Assembly (NCBI RefSeq): GCF_000143415.4
Contig: NW_003314314.1
Location: 439,771 to 503,770 of the forward strand
Direction: 5' to 3'
Source: Selaginella moellendorffii
Taxonomy: Eukaryota > Plantae > Lycopodiophyta
DNA length: 64,000 nt
The position numbers and the translations under genes are program-made. Under the pieces are notes generated by a model. That model ran no database searches and had not been told where the DNA came from. It saw only the letters and a list, made by a program, of their open reading frames with translations. Positions 1-11,930 of this stretch are shown one piece after another. Every line of letters begins with the position of its first letter. Within the stretch, counting starts at the first letter, position 1.

Positions 1-2697
1 CTTTTCCTTAGAACTTGATTTTTTATGTTATTTTTCTTGTTAGTGTTTAACTTATACTTGATCTTGAAGGTGATTGAAAAAGAATGTTAGTGAAATATTT
101 AGTATTTATAATTAAATTTTAGGTATTTATTATGATATTAATGTTGAATATTTAAGCATGTTATTAAATACTTTAGTATTTTATTGGGTCATAAGAATTT
201 GTGTTAAGGTGAAACTATGTGATGTTGTAAATAAAAAGAAGTTGGTTAAGTCTTAAAAATTTGCATTCTTAATCTAAGAGTCATTCTTTCTTTAGGATAG
301 AAAATTTTTCACACATTTTTTAGACTTTTCTAATGGTTGATATATTATTTATTTTGCCTAAAAACCATTCTGTTTTTGTAAACTATTACAAACTAGTGAA
401 AGAGTTGGAATTGACTTCGGTTAGCTTAGACTTTAGTAAATAGTTTATATACTTAAAAGGGATGCTAACTAAGACAATTGAGTTGAATGGAATTTAGAGT
501 TGAAGTAGAAAAGTGGTTATTACATTTTTTTAAGAAAATGATTTTTATACTTTTCCTCTAAATATTATGCTCAATGGTAAATTGCACTTTGCATTTGGTA
601 TGAGAATAGTGAGCTCTCATTGATTTTAACTTGGTTTTGGTAGCCCTATGCATTTGGTTGGTTGAGGATAATGATGTGTAACTTAATTATTTGCGGTTGA
701 GGTGTTAGTACTCGTATTATAATTTTATCCATTAGGAAGTTGTGTACATATATGAGCTAATTTAATAGTCTTCACTTTAGTTTTGCTGAGTGTTGATTAT
801 TTATAATTAGCCTTTTCAGTTATACTCAAAGTTAAAATCAAGCATCCTCTTATCCCATTTGAAGCTTTGACCATAATCATTTATAAGCTTGGTGATTACT
901 GAAGCACTTCGAATAAAGCATTGCATTGTTGTTAAAATTTGTAAGAAGCTCACTAAAAACATAAGTTCCATTAAGAAAAGTGCTAATACTCTTGAGCTTT
1001 CCACCATTGATGTGCTTTCCTGGGTCAACCAGCTTTCATCAGACTTAGAGCATCAATTTCAGTCTTTATTCCACTATTTTCTGTAAGCCCCTAACCTTTA
1101 CTCATTCCCATAGTAGCTCATTTGTCTCCTTAAGAACCTTGAGAGCAATAATGTGTAATGTATTGTAAATAGAGGCAAAAAAATCTTGCTGAAATCTTGC
1201 TGATGATGTAGTCAAAATATGACCTTTAACACCAGCAATTGTAGCATCTACAATATTGCCCAATTGCAAACAACAAACCCCTGTAAGCACACTTAGCATC
1301 ATTCATGGTGGATTTAAACATCTTCATATGTGTTCCCCTGTTATTATTCACCACCAACACCTTTGACAAGGAACAACACCACCTTCTACAGAAAAGAGTC
1401 AAATATAAAAATAAGTAAGAACGAAAAAATATTGAGATTGCCAAATGAAAGCTTGAGGAGTTAACATTCAGCTACGTGATCAGTTGTGATAGCATAAACA
1501 AGGCTCCATAGCATACACTAAAATGGCAGTCCAAGAACTTTCATACCATAAAAAACTTCAACTCCCACATAGAAAAACTCCTCAAATTCTGCAATAACAT
1601 GTTCAAAAACAGTATCTAAAGAGTACACACCTTCTAGTTTTATGACATCCTTGCAAATATACAGAACAGACAGTACAAGCTTCTCCACTGCAGCTATTCC
1701 ACTGGCTCCACCATTAAGCATTGTAATGCATATGAGTTATGCATTTTAGTCCTTGTGCCTGAATCCGGGTTGAAATGAGCTTGGCAGAAAGCAATGTGAA
1801 GGTCTGGCAATGTATTTGCTGCAGTTTGGACAACAAGCTGGCAGCTCCCAGCTTTTCTTCTCATTGAAAACGTTTTTATACTCTTGGAACTTCGCACTAT
1901 ACCAGATTTCACAAATTGTTGTTGAAACTTGATTGTTGTCTCTCAGTATAATAATAATAATAATAGTAATATATAATTCACACCTTCCTTAGTTCACCAC
2001 AAACCTTGCAAGCTTCTGCTGCTTTCCATTCACTCTCATGGGATATGGAGGCATGTCTTTGTGAAAACAACCAACATGCCTCTCCATCTTTGATTTTCCC
2101 AAATGCCTATATAAATTTTGTTGACTGCATCCCAAATTTCAGGAATTCAAATCCCTGGCACTATCTCAATCAAACTTCAAATGCTATGCCCCCTATTGTC
2201 ACCTGAAAAAAGTATCTTCAACACTTTATCCATGCAATTTTGTGAGCCATCCAATGTTGCAAGAAGCTTCATATTTTTTTGCAAAGCATGATCTTTTATA
2301 TGGAGCATGTTTGTGGCTAGAGTAAGAAGAATTTGCCCACTCCCACCTTCATGTTGATTAGAATCCTTTGGTAGATCAGGGCCAACCATTTGAGCATCTT
2401 CTATTTGGAAGTAGCACCAGGTGAGAAGATCTACTACCCTCCACAACTCTAAGGATGTGTCTACTGTAATAATTGCTGAGAAAAATCATCCATCAAAATG
2501 CGTTGCTAAACAAGTAGAGCATCTACACAGAATCTTTGCTCGAGATGATGAACTCTCACCCTCTTTTGCTTTAGCTTGTCGCAGCAGCCGACTAACCCAT
2601 CTGCCTGCTTGTATCTCGGACTGAACACGCAAAAAGCCTAAACTTCCTATCATATTCAGGCATTAAAGTGAAATTAATTACAAAGCCCTAGAGCGGC

Positions 2698-3858
2698 ATG
2701 GCGATGGCTGGAGGAGCGGAATTCGCGAGGGTACGTCTCTGATACGATATCAGTCTCGAATCCTTCTCACCGCAGGTGAGCGCATTCACGGATGATCCAT
2801 TTGGTGGAAATCCGGCTGCTGTGTGCATTCTCTCGAGCGAGAGAGAGGACTCATGGCTGCAACGCGTTGCCAAGGAATTCAATCTCTCGGAAACCGCATT
2901 CTTAGTAGATCAATCTCGCGACGAACTCGCGGAAGAGGCAGAGTACAATTTGCGATGGTTCACGCCCAAAGTTGAGGTAACTATTCTTTAGATGGTTTCT
3001 TTTGCCTTGTTTCTACTAAGTCTGCGATTTCTTCTCTATTTGTAGGTTGATCTGTGTGGACATGCAACACTAGCTGCTGCTCACACTCTCTTCATGAATC
3101 ACGTCCAGAAGACCTCGATCGTTTTCCATACCAGGTCTGGCGCATTAAAAGCTCGCAAAGTCACAGGCTATGGAGATGCCGAACAAAATCCTCCTTCATC
3201 GCTCAAAGCACAAGGCCTTCTGGAGCTTGACTTCCCTCTAGCTTTGGCAACACCGTGTTCTTCTCCGGAAACCACCCGTGTCTCAAACAGCCTTGGAATA
3301 TCAAGCGTTGTTTGGTGTGGCAAGACAGACTTGGGAGATTATCTGGTGAGACAATATTCTCTATCTCAGCTTCTTCACAAGTTTTGTGTGACTAGGTGGA
3401 GCTTGAGAGCAGCGAGCAAGTGATGGAGATTGTCCCCAACTTTGACGCCATGCTCGATTTTCCAGGCCGAGGTGGAGTGATTGTCACTTCTCAAGCTCCA
3501 TCCGAGAGTGCGGACGATTTCGTGTCGAGGTTTTTCTGTCCAAAGTCGGGTGTGCTGGAGGTGAGCTACAATGAAAATAGTTCCTTGTTGAAAAGCTATG
3601 GTATTTCTGTAGGATCCAGTGACCGGAAGCGCGCACTGTACACTGGGTCCTTACTGGGCCGAGAAACTCGAAAAGAACAGCGTGCAAGGATATCAGGCAA
3701 GACGAAGTATTTAGTTTCTCTCAAATGAAGCCATGGTTTTCTAGGGCTCGGAGCGAGGAGGACGCGTGTTAGTAACAGTGGACAAAGCCAATGGTAGAGC
3801 ACACTTGCAGGGCAGTGCGGTCATTACAATGGCCGGAGTTTTGCTTGTCGATGCATGA
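2698..3858 (+). CDS. PhzC/PhzF-family (DAP-epimerase fold) isomerase, multi-exon
   Basis: Spliced exons give [48 protein letters not shown] and EDPVTGSAHCTLGPYW; ATG 2698, TGA 3856-3858. Confidence 0.92.
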
Positions 3859-4392
3859 CATGGCTTCGCGACCTTCAATAATTCGTTATTGGTTTTCTGT
3901 AATAATACCGTTAAATTAAAACAAATAAATCCAAACCATAACCTTACCAAAGTATTAACTCGCCGCATGTCATCAATGTTTTCGTGCGAGGACTTGACTT
4001 GCCGTTGAAATGTCAATAATGTTCTACGTAGGCAGCAATCTACAGCAACTCGCATTGCATTTTTACAACTCCCCGACTGATTCGTTCATGCGCGTGTCCT
4101 CAGCGGTAGAATGCCGCTTGCTTGACCGCCGAGGCTCGAGGCCCCGACGTGTTCCCGATGGTCAGCTCTCGAGTCATGAAGTTCTTGCCCTTGCACAATT
4201 GAGAAATATCAAGTCTAGACTCTGGGAATGTCCAAGAAACCGCACTAACAAGCGAATTGAGTGGAACTTTCTCGTACCTAACACTTACATTTCTCACCAT
4301 TGGGCGATCCCAAGTGAAGAACACTGTTATAAGCTTTGGCTGGAGTGCAAAAAAGTAAGTGACAAATATTCTACATGTTTCAATGAATGTAT

Positions 4393-4466
4393 TGTTTAGG
4401 CCCGGGATTAAACCGGGGACCTCTAGTGTGTGAGACTAGCGTGATGACCAACTACACCACCCTCAT
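4393..4466 (-). pseudogene. Degenerate tRNA-Val(CAC) copy
   Basis: Reverse complement matches the tRNA at 10516 across the D and anticodon arms; T-loop is TTTAATC instead of TTCGAAC and the acceptor stem is disrupted. Confidence 0.85.
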
Positions 4467-4540
4467 TCATATGTCTTTGCCCACAAAAGATTCTTTTAGC
4501 ATGAAGAACAAACTTTGTATCTCCACTATTTTTCTCTCGA

Positions 4541-4835
4541 TCATTGGAAGGTAGACGCTGCAAATGTTCTTGCAAAATTCAAATGGTTTGTTACTGATGA
4601 AGGCTGTGCTCAAGATATGCAGACCTCTTCTTGACAATAGAGCTTCACGATATGCTTATATTAACGCAGGTGTGACAAAACTGGAAGTGGATGATCCACG
4701 CTACACGTTCACTGGCGAATTCAAAGTGAACGACGTCCTCGAAATGATAAAGAAGAAGTGTATCTGTGTGGAGTCGATTCAGGAGATTTCTGAAACAGAC
4801 AAGACACCAGCTGTTGCTGCTCTTCTTGCTGCTAG
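4541..4835 (+). pseudogene. Pseudogene of small HMA/poly-Cys protein (copy 1)
   Basis: Near-identical last exon to the 10029-10431 gene (GVTKLEVDDPRYTFTG..KCICVESIQEI); ATG lost, exon with CxxC partly deleted, Cys tail shifted out of frame. Confidence 0.8.
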
Positions 4836-5349
4836 TTTCATCAACAGTGGTCTGAAGTGTGACCATCGATAGAAGTTTTAAGTTATTTTTATCGCCAATT
4901 CTTTGCTTTCTGTGTCAGCTCAATCTCAAGAGTTTTCCTATGTGGATCCATGGAATATAAGGATGGGAGTAAAAACATCGTTGCGTCCTGGAAGTGGAAC
5001 TCTTCCATAAAAACTATATGAATTCCTCAATTGTAGCACTCTTCTCAGTGGGGCCTTTAGGTTGTCGTCCACCTTGTGAAGTTGTAAATTACTTCGCTTT
5101 CTGCAAAACCTGGAAATTTGAGAGAGAATAAAAAAGCACGAAATTTGCTGTTCAAAAGAACAGCAAACCTGTAGACTTTATCAAAAGCCTTAATTCATTG
5201 TACCGCCGTTGGACAAAGATACACTATCTCACATCATGTCAAAGTCAATTTTTATTAACGGGGACTTGACTTGACCGCTGAATAGTCAAGCGCACGTGTG
5301 CCGACAGCCTTGAAATTTAAACATTGCCGCTCCCGCAAAGATGGGAGGA

Positions 5350-5690
5350 CCACTTCAACGTAGCACTCGCGGTGTTATCAAAAAGAAATAGATGCTACAA
5401 TTATAGATGCCGAAAGCAGGCTTCTATGCGTGACTGGGCTTTAGACCAGGTATTTCTTTCCCCTAATTTTTGTAATCCCAAGCACACCATTGCAACAGGA
5501 GATGCATATTCATTCATTCATTAACTCTTTACAAGGTCTTGTAGTGCCCATGAAGAAGCATGAGACCCATGAAGAAGCATAAGAAGCACTTCAACGTAGC
5601 ACTCGCGGTGTTATCAAAAAGAAATAGATGCTACAATTATAGATGCCGAAAGCAATTCCCGGAGTCTTTACAAGGTCTTGTAGTGCCCTT
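5350..5690 (+). repeat. Local direct duplication (~68 bp plus ~24 bp pieces)
   Basis: cacttcaacgtagcactcgcggtg...gatgccgaaagca at ~5351 and ~5587; tctttacaaggtcttgtagtgccc at ~5526 and ~5665. Confidence 0.85.
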
Positions 5691-5755
5691 ATAGTGAGTT
5701 GTTTTGATGATGAAAAGAACATCATCTCAATCCCAGCAAAACTCAAGTGGCCCAC

Positions 5756-5956
5756 CTGCAAGATGTCGATGCAAATGTTGCCGTGCTGATCGACATTGGG
5801 ATGGAAACATGGCGTCTCAAGGTGGCTTGAATGGATAATTGGTGGGAAAGCGCAGCAAGAGCTTGAAAGAGAGACCTTCATACACAGTCTCCCTTGATGA
5901 TGCCAATCCATGTAAAGATGTTGTCACCATGTGGAAACGCTGAAATTCTGGGATCC
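5756..5956 (-). pseudogene. Ubiquitin-conjugating enzyme E2 fragment (UBC19/20, UBE2C-like)
   Basis: DPRISAFPHGDNIFTWIG..TVYEGLSFKL and ETPCFHPNVDQHGNICIDILQ in shifted frames; C-terminal exons not found. Confidence 0.8.
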
Positions 5957-6241
5957 CTGCAAGGCTATAGCAAGATCAAAACATAGAAGACACCACTGAG
6001 ACCAGCTAAGAAAGAAGAAACAATGAGAGCCTTCCAGCCCTTCACAAACCAAATGGAATAAATCAAGAGCAATCAAGCATAAACATACCAAGTTCATCTT
6101 CTCGCATATCTCCTCTTCATCACGCGCCAATCGCAATCCTGGATCTTCGCCGCCGCTCTCTTTTCCTTTGCCAGGAAAACCAACTAAAAATTCCCCCACA
6201 CAAGCACACCTCTCGAATGGCCCACATTTGTTAATAAAAGA

Positions 6242-6570
6242 CAGTGCTCTCTGGCCGCGTATCACCTCGACGGCCTTGCGCTTATCGCCCTATCGCTTAT
6301 CGCTTATCGGGCTGGTAAAGTGGTCGCCGATAGTGGTTTTTTTTTGCTTTGCTTGTCATCTGTCGGCTATCCAAATAGCCGCATCGGCAGGGAGGGAGGG
6401 GTCGATGCTATAAACCCTAAAAGGACTTTCAAACCGCTGCTCCTCCCCCGCGCTGCCACCGCGCTCCACCACGCTGCGCCGCTTCCCGCCACAGCGCAAT
6501 CATCCTCCGCCCACCATTCTCTGCGTCGCTACGCCTTTACCCGCGGGAATGCGGGAACTCAAATTTGTAA
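6242..6570 (+). mobile_element. Possible truncated end of a hAT-like DNA transposon
   Basis: Starts CAGTG, followed by clustered (T)TATCGC subterminal-type repeats and a GC-rich tract; no partner TIR found. Confidence 0.3.
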
Positions 6571-6622
6571 ATAATTTTAACTGGAATTAATTTCAATTAT
6601 AAAGGTTCATGTGATTCTAGCA

Positions 6623-7033
6623 TCAGGAGGAAGAGCAGCAGCAGCAGCAGCAATCGTCCTTTGGCTTCGGCTTGGGCTTTTCCACCTTGATCTCCTGGAC
6701 AGATTCCACAGAAATACACTTGCGTTTCTTCTCGGTGGCCTTGAGGAGGTCGTCCACCTTGAAATCACCCGTGAAGATGTAAAGGGGATCTTTAACCTCC
6801 ACTTTCTTCACACCTGCAAGAGCACGAAGATCTCTTGATCAGCGATCACAGCATCGAAATTTGGGAGAATTCGCGGAATCTACACTCACCGGAGACGCCG
6901 TGATAGATCTGAGACATCATCTGGTCCTTGCATTTGTTGCAAGAGTCCACTTTCAAGACAACCTGCAGCGAAGAGCTCGAGATCAAACAAGGTTCAAGGA
7001 AATCAGTGGCGCAGTGCTCACCTTCCAAGCCAT
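6623..7033 (-). CDS. Small heavy-metal-associated (HMA) protein with poly-Cys tail (copy 2), 3 exons
   Basis: Spliced MAWK|VVLKVDSCNKCKDQMMSQIYHGVS|GVKKVEVKDPLYIFTGDFKVDDLLKATEKKRKCISVESVQEIKVEKPKPKPKDDCCCCCCSSS*; CxxC loop and HMA-like pattern. Confidence 0.8.
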
Positions 7034-7122
7034 CTTGATTGTCTAAGAATTCGACTGAGATTCAGATCACAACTCGCAACTCGAGACACTAGATTATCGC
7101 GATCAACCAGAGGTGGGGAGAC

Positions 7123-7275
7123 GGAGAAGCAGAAGAGAAGAGGGCCCTGCTGCTGACTGGGGAGACGTCATGAATTTATATCCGAGAAGATTCCCAACAG
7201 GTCCGAGAAGCAGAAGAGAAGAGGGCCCTGCTGGGAGACGTCATGAATTTTTGATCGAGAAGATTTCCAACAGGA
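7123..7275 (+). repeat. Tandem ~80-bp duplication between the HMA2 and F-box starts
   Basis: gagaagcagaagagaagagggccctgctg...ggagacgtcatgaattt...gagaagatt(c/t)ccaacagg occurs twice. Confidence 0.8.
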
Positions 7276-7526
7276 TGAAGTGCTCCTTCGTGGAAATTTC
7301 TGGCATAATGGATACTCTCAGATACTTGCGTGAATTTGCTTCTTTCCTCAGATGCAAAACTTTTTTGACTGGAAAGTCTCATAGCTCCTGAGAAATCCTT
7401 AGGTCGAGAGTTCGAGCCTCAATTCCATTTTCTTTTTCTGCCAACTTTTTCAACCATTTGCCCAAGAGCCCTGGAATCGCCCTAATTTTTGCACAGGAAA
7501 TGTAGGGCTTGATCTTTCTTGGAGCG

Positions 7527-9136
7527 ATGGATTGGTCCGCGCTGCCGCTCGACGTCTTCCTCCAGATCTTCCGGTACCACGCCCTCGATTTCCTCTTCTT
7601 GCTGGCGATCTCAGGCGTGTGCAAGACCTGGCGCGCTCACACCGCCTGGATCGGCACGCTCGTCGTGCGATGGCCGCCGGTGGAAGATCGCCCCCAATTC
7701 GACAACCAGGGCGCTATGATCCAGAAGGAGCGCCGCCGAATCTGTGGCAACCATGGGGTGGAGCTCCACCTCTGCGATTGCGTCCACGACGCCATCTCCA
7801 GCGTCATCGCGCGCCTCCGCAAGGTCTGGTACCTGGATCTTTGCTGCACAGAGATTTGCCCCCGCGGACCCACGGCAGTGCAAGTCGCCAAGCTCCGCGA
7901 CGCCGACTGGGCCAAGGTTGTCAAGTCGCTACTCCATCTCGAGCTCGCGGCCGGGGTGGTGGATTCCAGGGCCATGAATCACATCCTCCAGTGCAGCGAT
8001 CTCCGCGAGCTACGGCTTGTGAGTTTCGAGTTCGCGGATGGATTGGAGTACCCGCTGCTCGGGGATGCCGGCGAGTTCTCGAGCTCCAGCGGCGTTTTGG
8101 AGAATCTCTGCCGGCTTTACATCCTCACGTCCTCCATGCAAGAGGAGGCGCTCAAGAGGTTCCTGGAGCGCTGCCCGGAGGTGGAGGAGATCGAGCTCAA
8201 CGCTTGCGGCGCCAAAAGCGAGAGGGAGTTCAACTTCGAAGCTCCCACCAACTTACACGACTATGATCTCAAGCTCACGTCCTTTAGCCGGTTCAAGAGG
8301 GTGAGAGCTGCTGGTGCTCGGCGGCTGGAGATTCTTGGGGGCCAGCTCTTGATCCTGGAGGAGGCGGAGTGTGTCGAGGAACTGGCGGTGCTGCCCGTGT
8401 ACATAGAATTCGCGGAGCCCGAAGCCATGAAGAACTTCTGGAGGCTGACGCTCAAGGGGAGCTTTTGGGAAGTCCATGAAGCTATGTCGGCTTGCCAGAC
8501 GGCTCCCACGACCAAGAGGCTTTGTCTGGACGATGATTTTGGAGTCTACTTCTTCCCGTACGTGCAGAGAGATGAAAACGACGACTCGGTCGAGTGCTAC
8601 AAGCTTTTCTCGCTCATGTTTCGGGGAGGTTCTCTGGAGGAGCTGGAACTCAAGTATGGTTTCCTTTGCCGGGTAAGTTCTTACCTTCTCTTGTCGTTGC
8701 ATGACTTGACAATGGTTTGGTTTTTCTTGTTTTCAGATGTGGCTAAACGAGCAACAGGAAGACCTGAGTGAGCTTCTACCGAAAATGCCAAAGATTGAGA
8801 TCCTCGTTCTCGACCTCCACGTACGTCCCGAGAAGGAGCCCAACATTCCGAGGTTTGCAGATTCAGTCGAGTCGCTCATCAACTCTTGCAACATGGATTG
8901 GATCTCGCTAAGCTTCGGCGGGGACAACAACGAGGACGTCAACTTCCACCGGGAGTGTTTTGACAAGGAGCTGTTTTCTTCGGTTGTACAGAATGGTAAT
9001 TTTCTTTCTTTGTTTCTGCAAGTTCTTGCTGATACACTTTCTTTTTCTGTTATTTGCAACAGTTGTGCGCCATGGAAACCCCGGACCTTGTCCCGAGGAC
9101 GTACGCCTTCAGCAAAACTCGGATGTTAAGCGCTAG
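7527..9136 (+). CDS. F-box/LRR-like protein
   Basis: N-terminal MDWSALPLDVFLQIF..ISGVCKTWR F-box; LRR/RNI-like repeats (LRELRL, CPEVEEIELNAC, LEELELKY); introns 8673-8736 and ~8996-9062. Confidence 0.85.
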
Positions 9137-9445
9137 AGTTTTGCTATTTACACACACACACACACAGAACCAGGTATTTGGCTTCAAAATCAAGTTGATT
9201 CCAGCATATCCAAAGCTTATGTGAAGACGGCATCACGAAGGTTCACGCAACATGCTAGCTAGAGGCCAACGATTGACGAGAGTTAACTAGCAGCGATAGC
9301 ACTGGATTAATCGGCTCTGAAACCTCTTGGGTGAGTTCCACATATATATTTATCTTATCTTCTCGGCAACTTAGGAGAGCATTCGTATATGAGATTGTTA
9401 TTTTAGTCTAGGATTACGTGCCTGAAACGTCGTCATTGCTCTAAC

Positions 9446-9896
9446 ACGCAAAGGAATGATCCGGAAACTTGGGGACTCTGGTGAATAATATATATGGTCA
9501 TTCGAATGTGACCTTGTTTATCTTGACGCGAACACATGCATTGTGACAATAGTGGCAAAAGGTCTCAAATCATAGCGGTCAGGTTGGCAAAAGGTCTCAA
9601 ATCATAGCGGTCAGGTTGGCAAAAGGTCTCAAATCATAGCGGTCAAGTGCTACGACTGAGATTTTCTATTGAAGAGTTTCGTTTCCAGGACGCAAAGGAG
9701 TGATCCGGAAACTTGGGGACTCTGGTGAATAATATAATATGACCTTGTTTATCTTGACGCGAACACATGCACTGTGACAATAGTGGCAAAAGGTTTCAAT
9801 TCATAGCGGTCAGGTTGGCAAAAGGTCTCAAATCATAGCGGTCAAGTGCTACGACTGAGATTTTCTATTGAAGAGTTTCGTTTCCAGGACGCAAAG
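9446..9896 (+). repeat. Nested tandem repeat: two ~200-245 bp units holding 3 and 2 copies of a 32-bp subunit
   Basis: ggcaaaaggtctcaaatcatagcggtcaggtt at 9554, 9586, 9618 and twice more from ~9784. Confidence 0.9.
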
Positions 9897-10028
9897 ATGT
9901 TCTTACTACCATCCTTTGAATCCACAAAGATGAAAACTTGAGATTGAGCTGACAGAATATATGTAGTATAAGAAACTAGGAAAGCAAGCAATCTAGTTGT
10001 CAAGCTTCAGAGACCATTGTCGATGAAA

Positions 10029-10431
10029 CTAGCAGCAAGAAGAGCAGCAACAGCAGGAGTCATGCTTATCTTTGTCCGGCTCCGCAATCTCCTGAATCGA
10101 CTCCACGCAGATACACTTTTTCTTCTTCTTTATCATTTCGAGGACGTCGTTCACCTTGAAATCGCCAGTGAACGTGTAGCGCGGGTCATCCACTTCCAGC
10201 TTTGTCACACCTGCGTGCATAAATTAAGCGCATAGGATGAAACAGCTCTATTGCCATGAAGAGATTTCTCTTGGACGAAACTACGTGCCTGAGACGTTGT
10301 GATAGATCCGAGACACAATCTTGTCTTTGCATTTCGTGCAGGTGCATATCTTGAGCACAACCTTCATCAGCAACAAAAACCATTTTTGTGAATTTTGCAA
10401 GAACATTCGCAGCGATTACCTTCCAAGCCAT
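10029..10431 (-). CDS. Small HMA protein with poly-Cys tail (copy 3), 3 exons, intron 2 with GC donor
   Basis: MAWK|VVLKICTCTKCKDKIVSRIYHNVS|GVTKLEVDDPRYTFTGDFKVNDVLEMIKKKKKCICVESIQEIAEPDKDKHDSCCCCSSCC*; intron positions match copy 2. Confidence 0.8.
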
Positions 10432-10515
10432 TATCGAGAGCAAAATACTGGAGATGCTCTTCTCCATTAAATACCTAAAAAGTCATGACTTTCAATGACT
10501 TACTTACCATCATGA

Positions 10516-10589
10516 GTCTGGGTGGTGTAGTTGGTTATCACGCTAGTCTCACACACTAGAGGTCTCCGGTTCGAACCCGGACCCAGACA
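10516..10589 (+). tRNA. tRNA-Val(CAC)
   Basis: GTCTGGG/CCCAGAC acceptor stem, A-box TGGTGTAGTTGG, anticodon loop CTCACAC, B-box GGTTCGAACCC, T-rich tract downstream. Confidence 0.96.
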
Positions 10590-10695
10590 TGCATTTATTT
10601 CGAGAATGTCAGACCTTTTTGGTGCATTCCTAGTCTACGACGGACTTTCTAGCCAAGCCAAAGAGATCAGTAGACCTCTCTCTTCCGATCTCTCA

Positions 10696-11831
10696 ATGGG
10701 GCCAAGTTGTGTAAGAGTTCCACTTCTGGTTTCTTGAGCTTTTTCTCATGATCACGTCCCGAGCCCATGCAGACATTGTCCTGGTTGGAGAGAACAGTGC
10801 ACACGGCACCGACGGCGGCAAACGCTTCGACTCGGATCTCGGTGGCCTTCAAAGTTCTGGGCGATGCAATCAACTTCATCCCGTATATCAAAGGGGTGAT
10901 ATACGTTTGGCAGTTTTTGGGCAAGGAACTCCCAGTGAAGTGACGGAAGGAGTCCGAGCACTGGTCTCGAGTTGACCAATCCTTGCAGCCGACTTCTCAA
11001 GCTCGGAGGTAACTTCATTTCTCGTTTCTTTGACGTGCTTAGAATAGTTTGTTCGTGTTCTCTTCTCAGGTAAACCCAGGTCTAGTCGTCTTAGAGTTCG
11101 CTTCAGCAGATACCAGACTAAACGCAGGCAAACAGCAGCCGTTTTTCAGTTAATCTCCTTGCCATCGTCGTCCTTCTTGACTCCCTTGCAGCAACCTGAC
11201 ACCGAGTTCTTTCCTGATACTTTCACCCGAGCAGCTGTACGAGCATTCCTGGACACCCCTGACCCGTTTTCAAAGTCTCCGTCAACTAGAGAGCTCTACC
11301 AGATGACATAACGTCCAGCATAGTCTGTCTTATAGTCTCTGCAGCCTCTCTGTGAATCCGAATACCCCCACCGTCACGAGCAGCTTCAGCTATATCATAT
11401 TCTCGCTATCACCATCTCGTTGCAGTCGTTCCCAACATTATACCGCAGCAGTAGCTCCTGTCTCATCTCCGTTGACTGGAAAGCTGATAAGGTGAACACC
11501 GTAAGGTGAAGGTAAGGTGAACACCAGCCTCAGCTGCTTGACTAGAGAGCTTTGATCAGAGTTCGCAAGCTGCATCGGCTGATTATGTCCGGCTCAAAGC
11601 CGACTTGCACCGTCTCACTGGGTGGAACCTGGAGGTGGTGAGAGTTGGGATCAAGGCTACGACGTGACTGCTTATTTCTTGGACTACTGCAATGGCATTC
11701 AAGGTGATTTTTTGTGGCAGATGAATGCAAGGCTTGCAAATGGTGTGTGGAGTGAGTCTGTGTTCTTTGATCTCCTCGGAAAGAGCGTTCGGGACTTGTG
11801 GATTGATGATAAGAACGCTTTCAAGTTTTAG
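10696..11831 (+). pseudogene. Basic secretory protein (BSP/PR-17) pseudogene interrupted by unrelated sequence
   Basis: N-part ENSAHGTDGGKRFDSDLG; C-part ADYVRLKA..HWVEPGGGESWDQGYDVTAYFLDYCN..LLGKSVRDLW; frameshifts; central HExxH region missing. Confidence 0.8.
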
Positions 11832-11930
11832 TCTATTTTGAAGACAAACTATTGGCCAATTGGCGACAATTTAATGGTAAATGTCATTTTTTATATAATG
11901 CCTTGCCTACACGATTTTTTCCTTACAAAC

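Noticed and set aside
800-2600. Minus-strand coding-like remnants
   Set aside because: Many stop codons and no motif I can assign; left unannotated
2698-3858. PhzF as part of a phenazine cluster or recent horizontal transfer
   Set aside because: Intron-containing member of a family widespread in plants; no other phz genes nearby
7519-8702. Overlapping alternate-frame ORFs within the F-box exon
   Set aside because: Expected shadows of GC-rich coding DNA
9554-9850. 32-bp repeats as a CRISPR array
   Set aside because: Head-to-tail units with no unique spacers, in a eukaryotic context without cas genes
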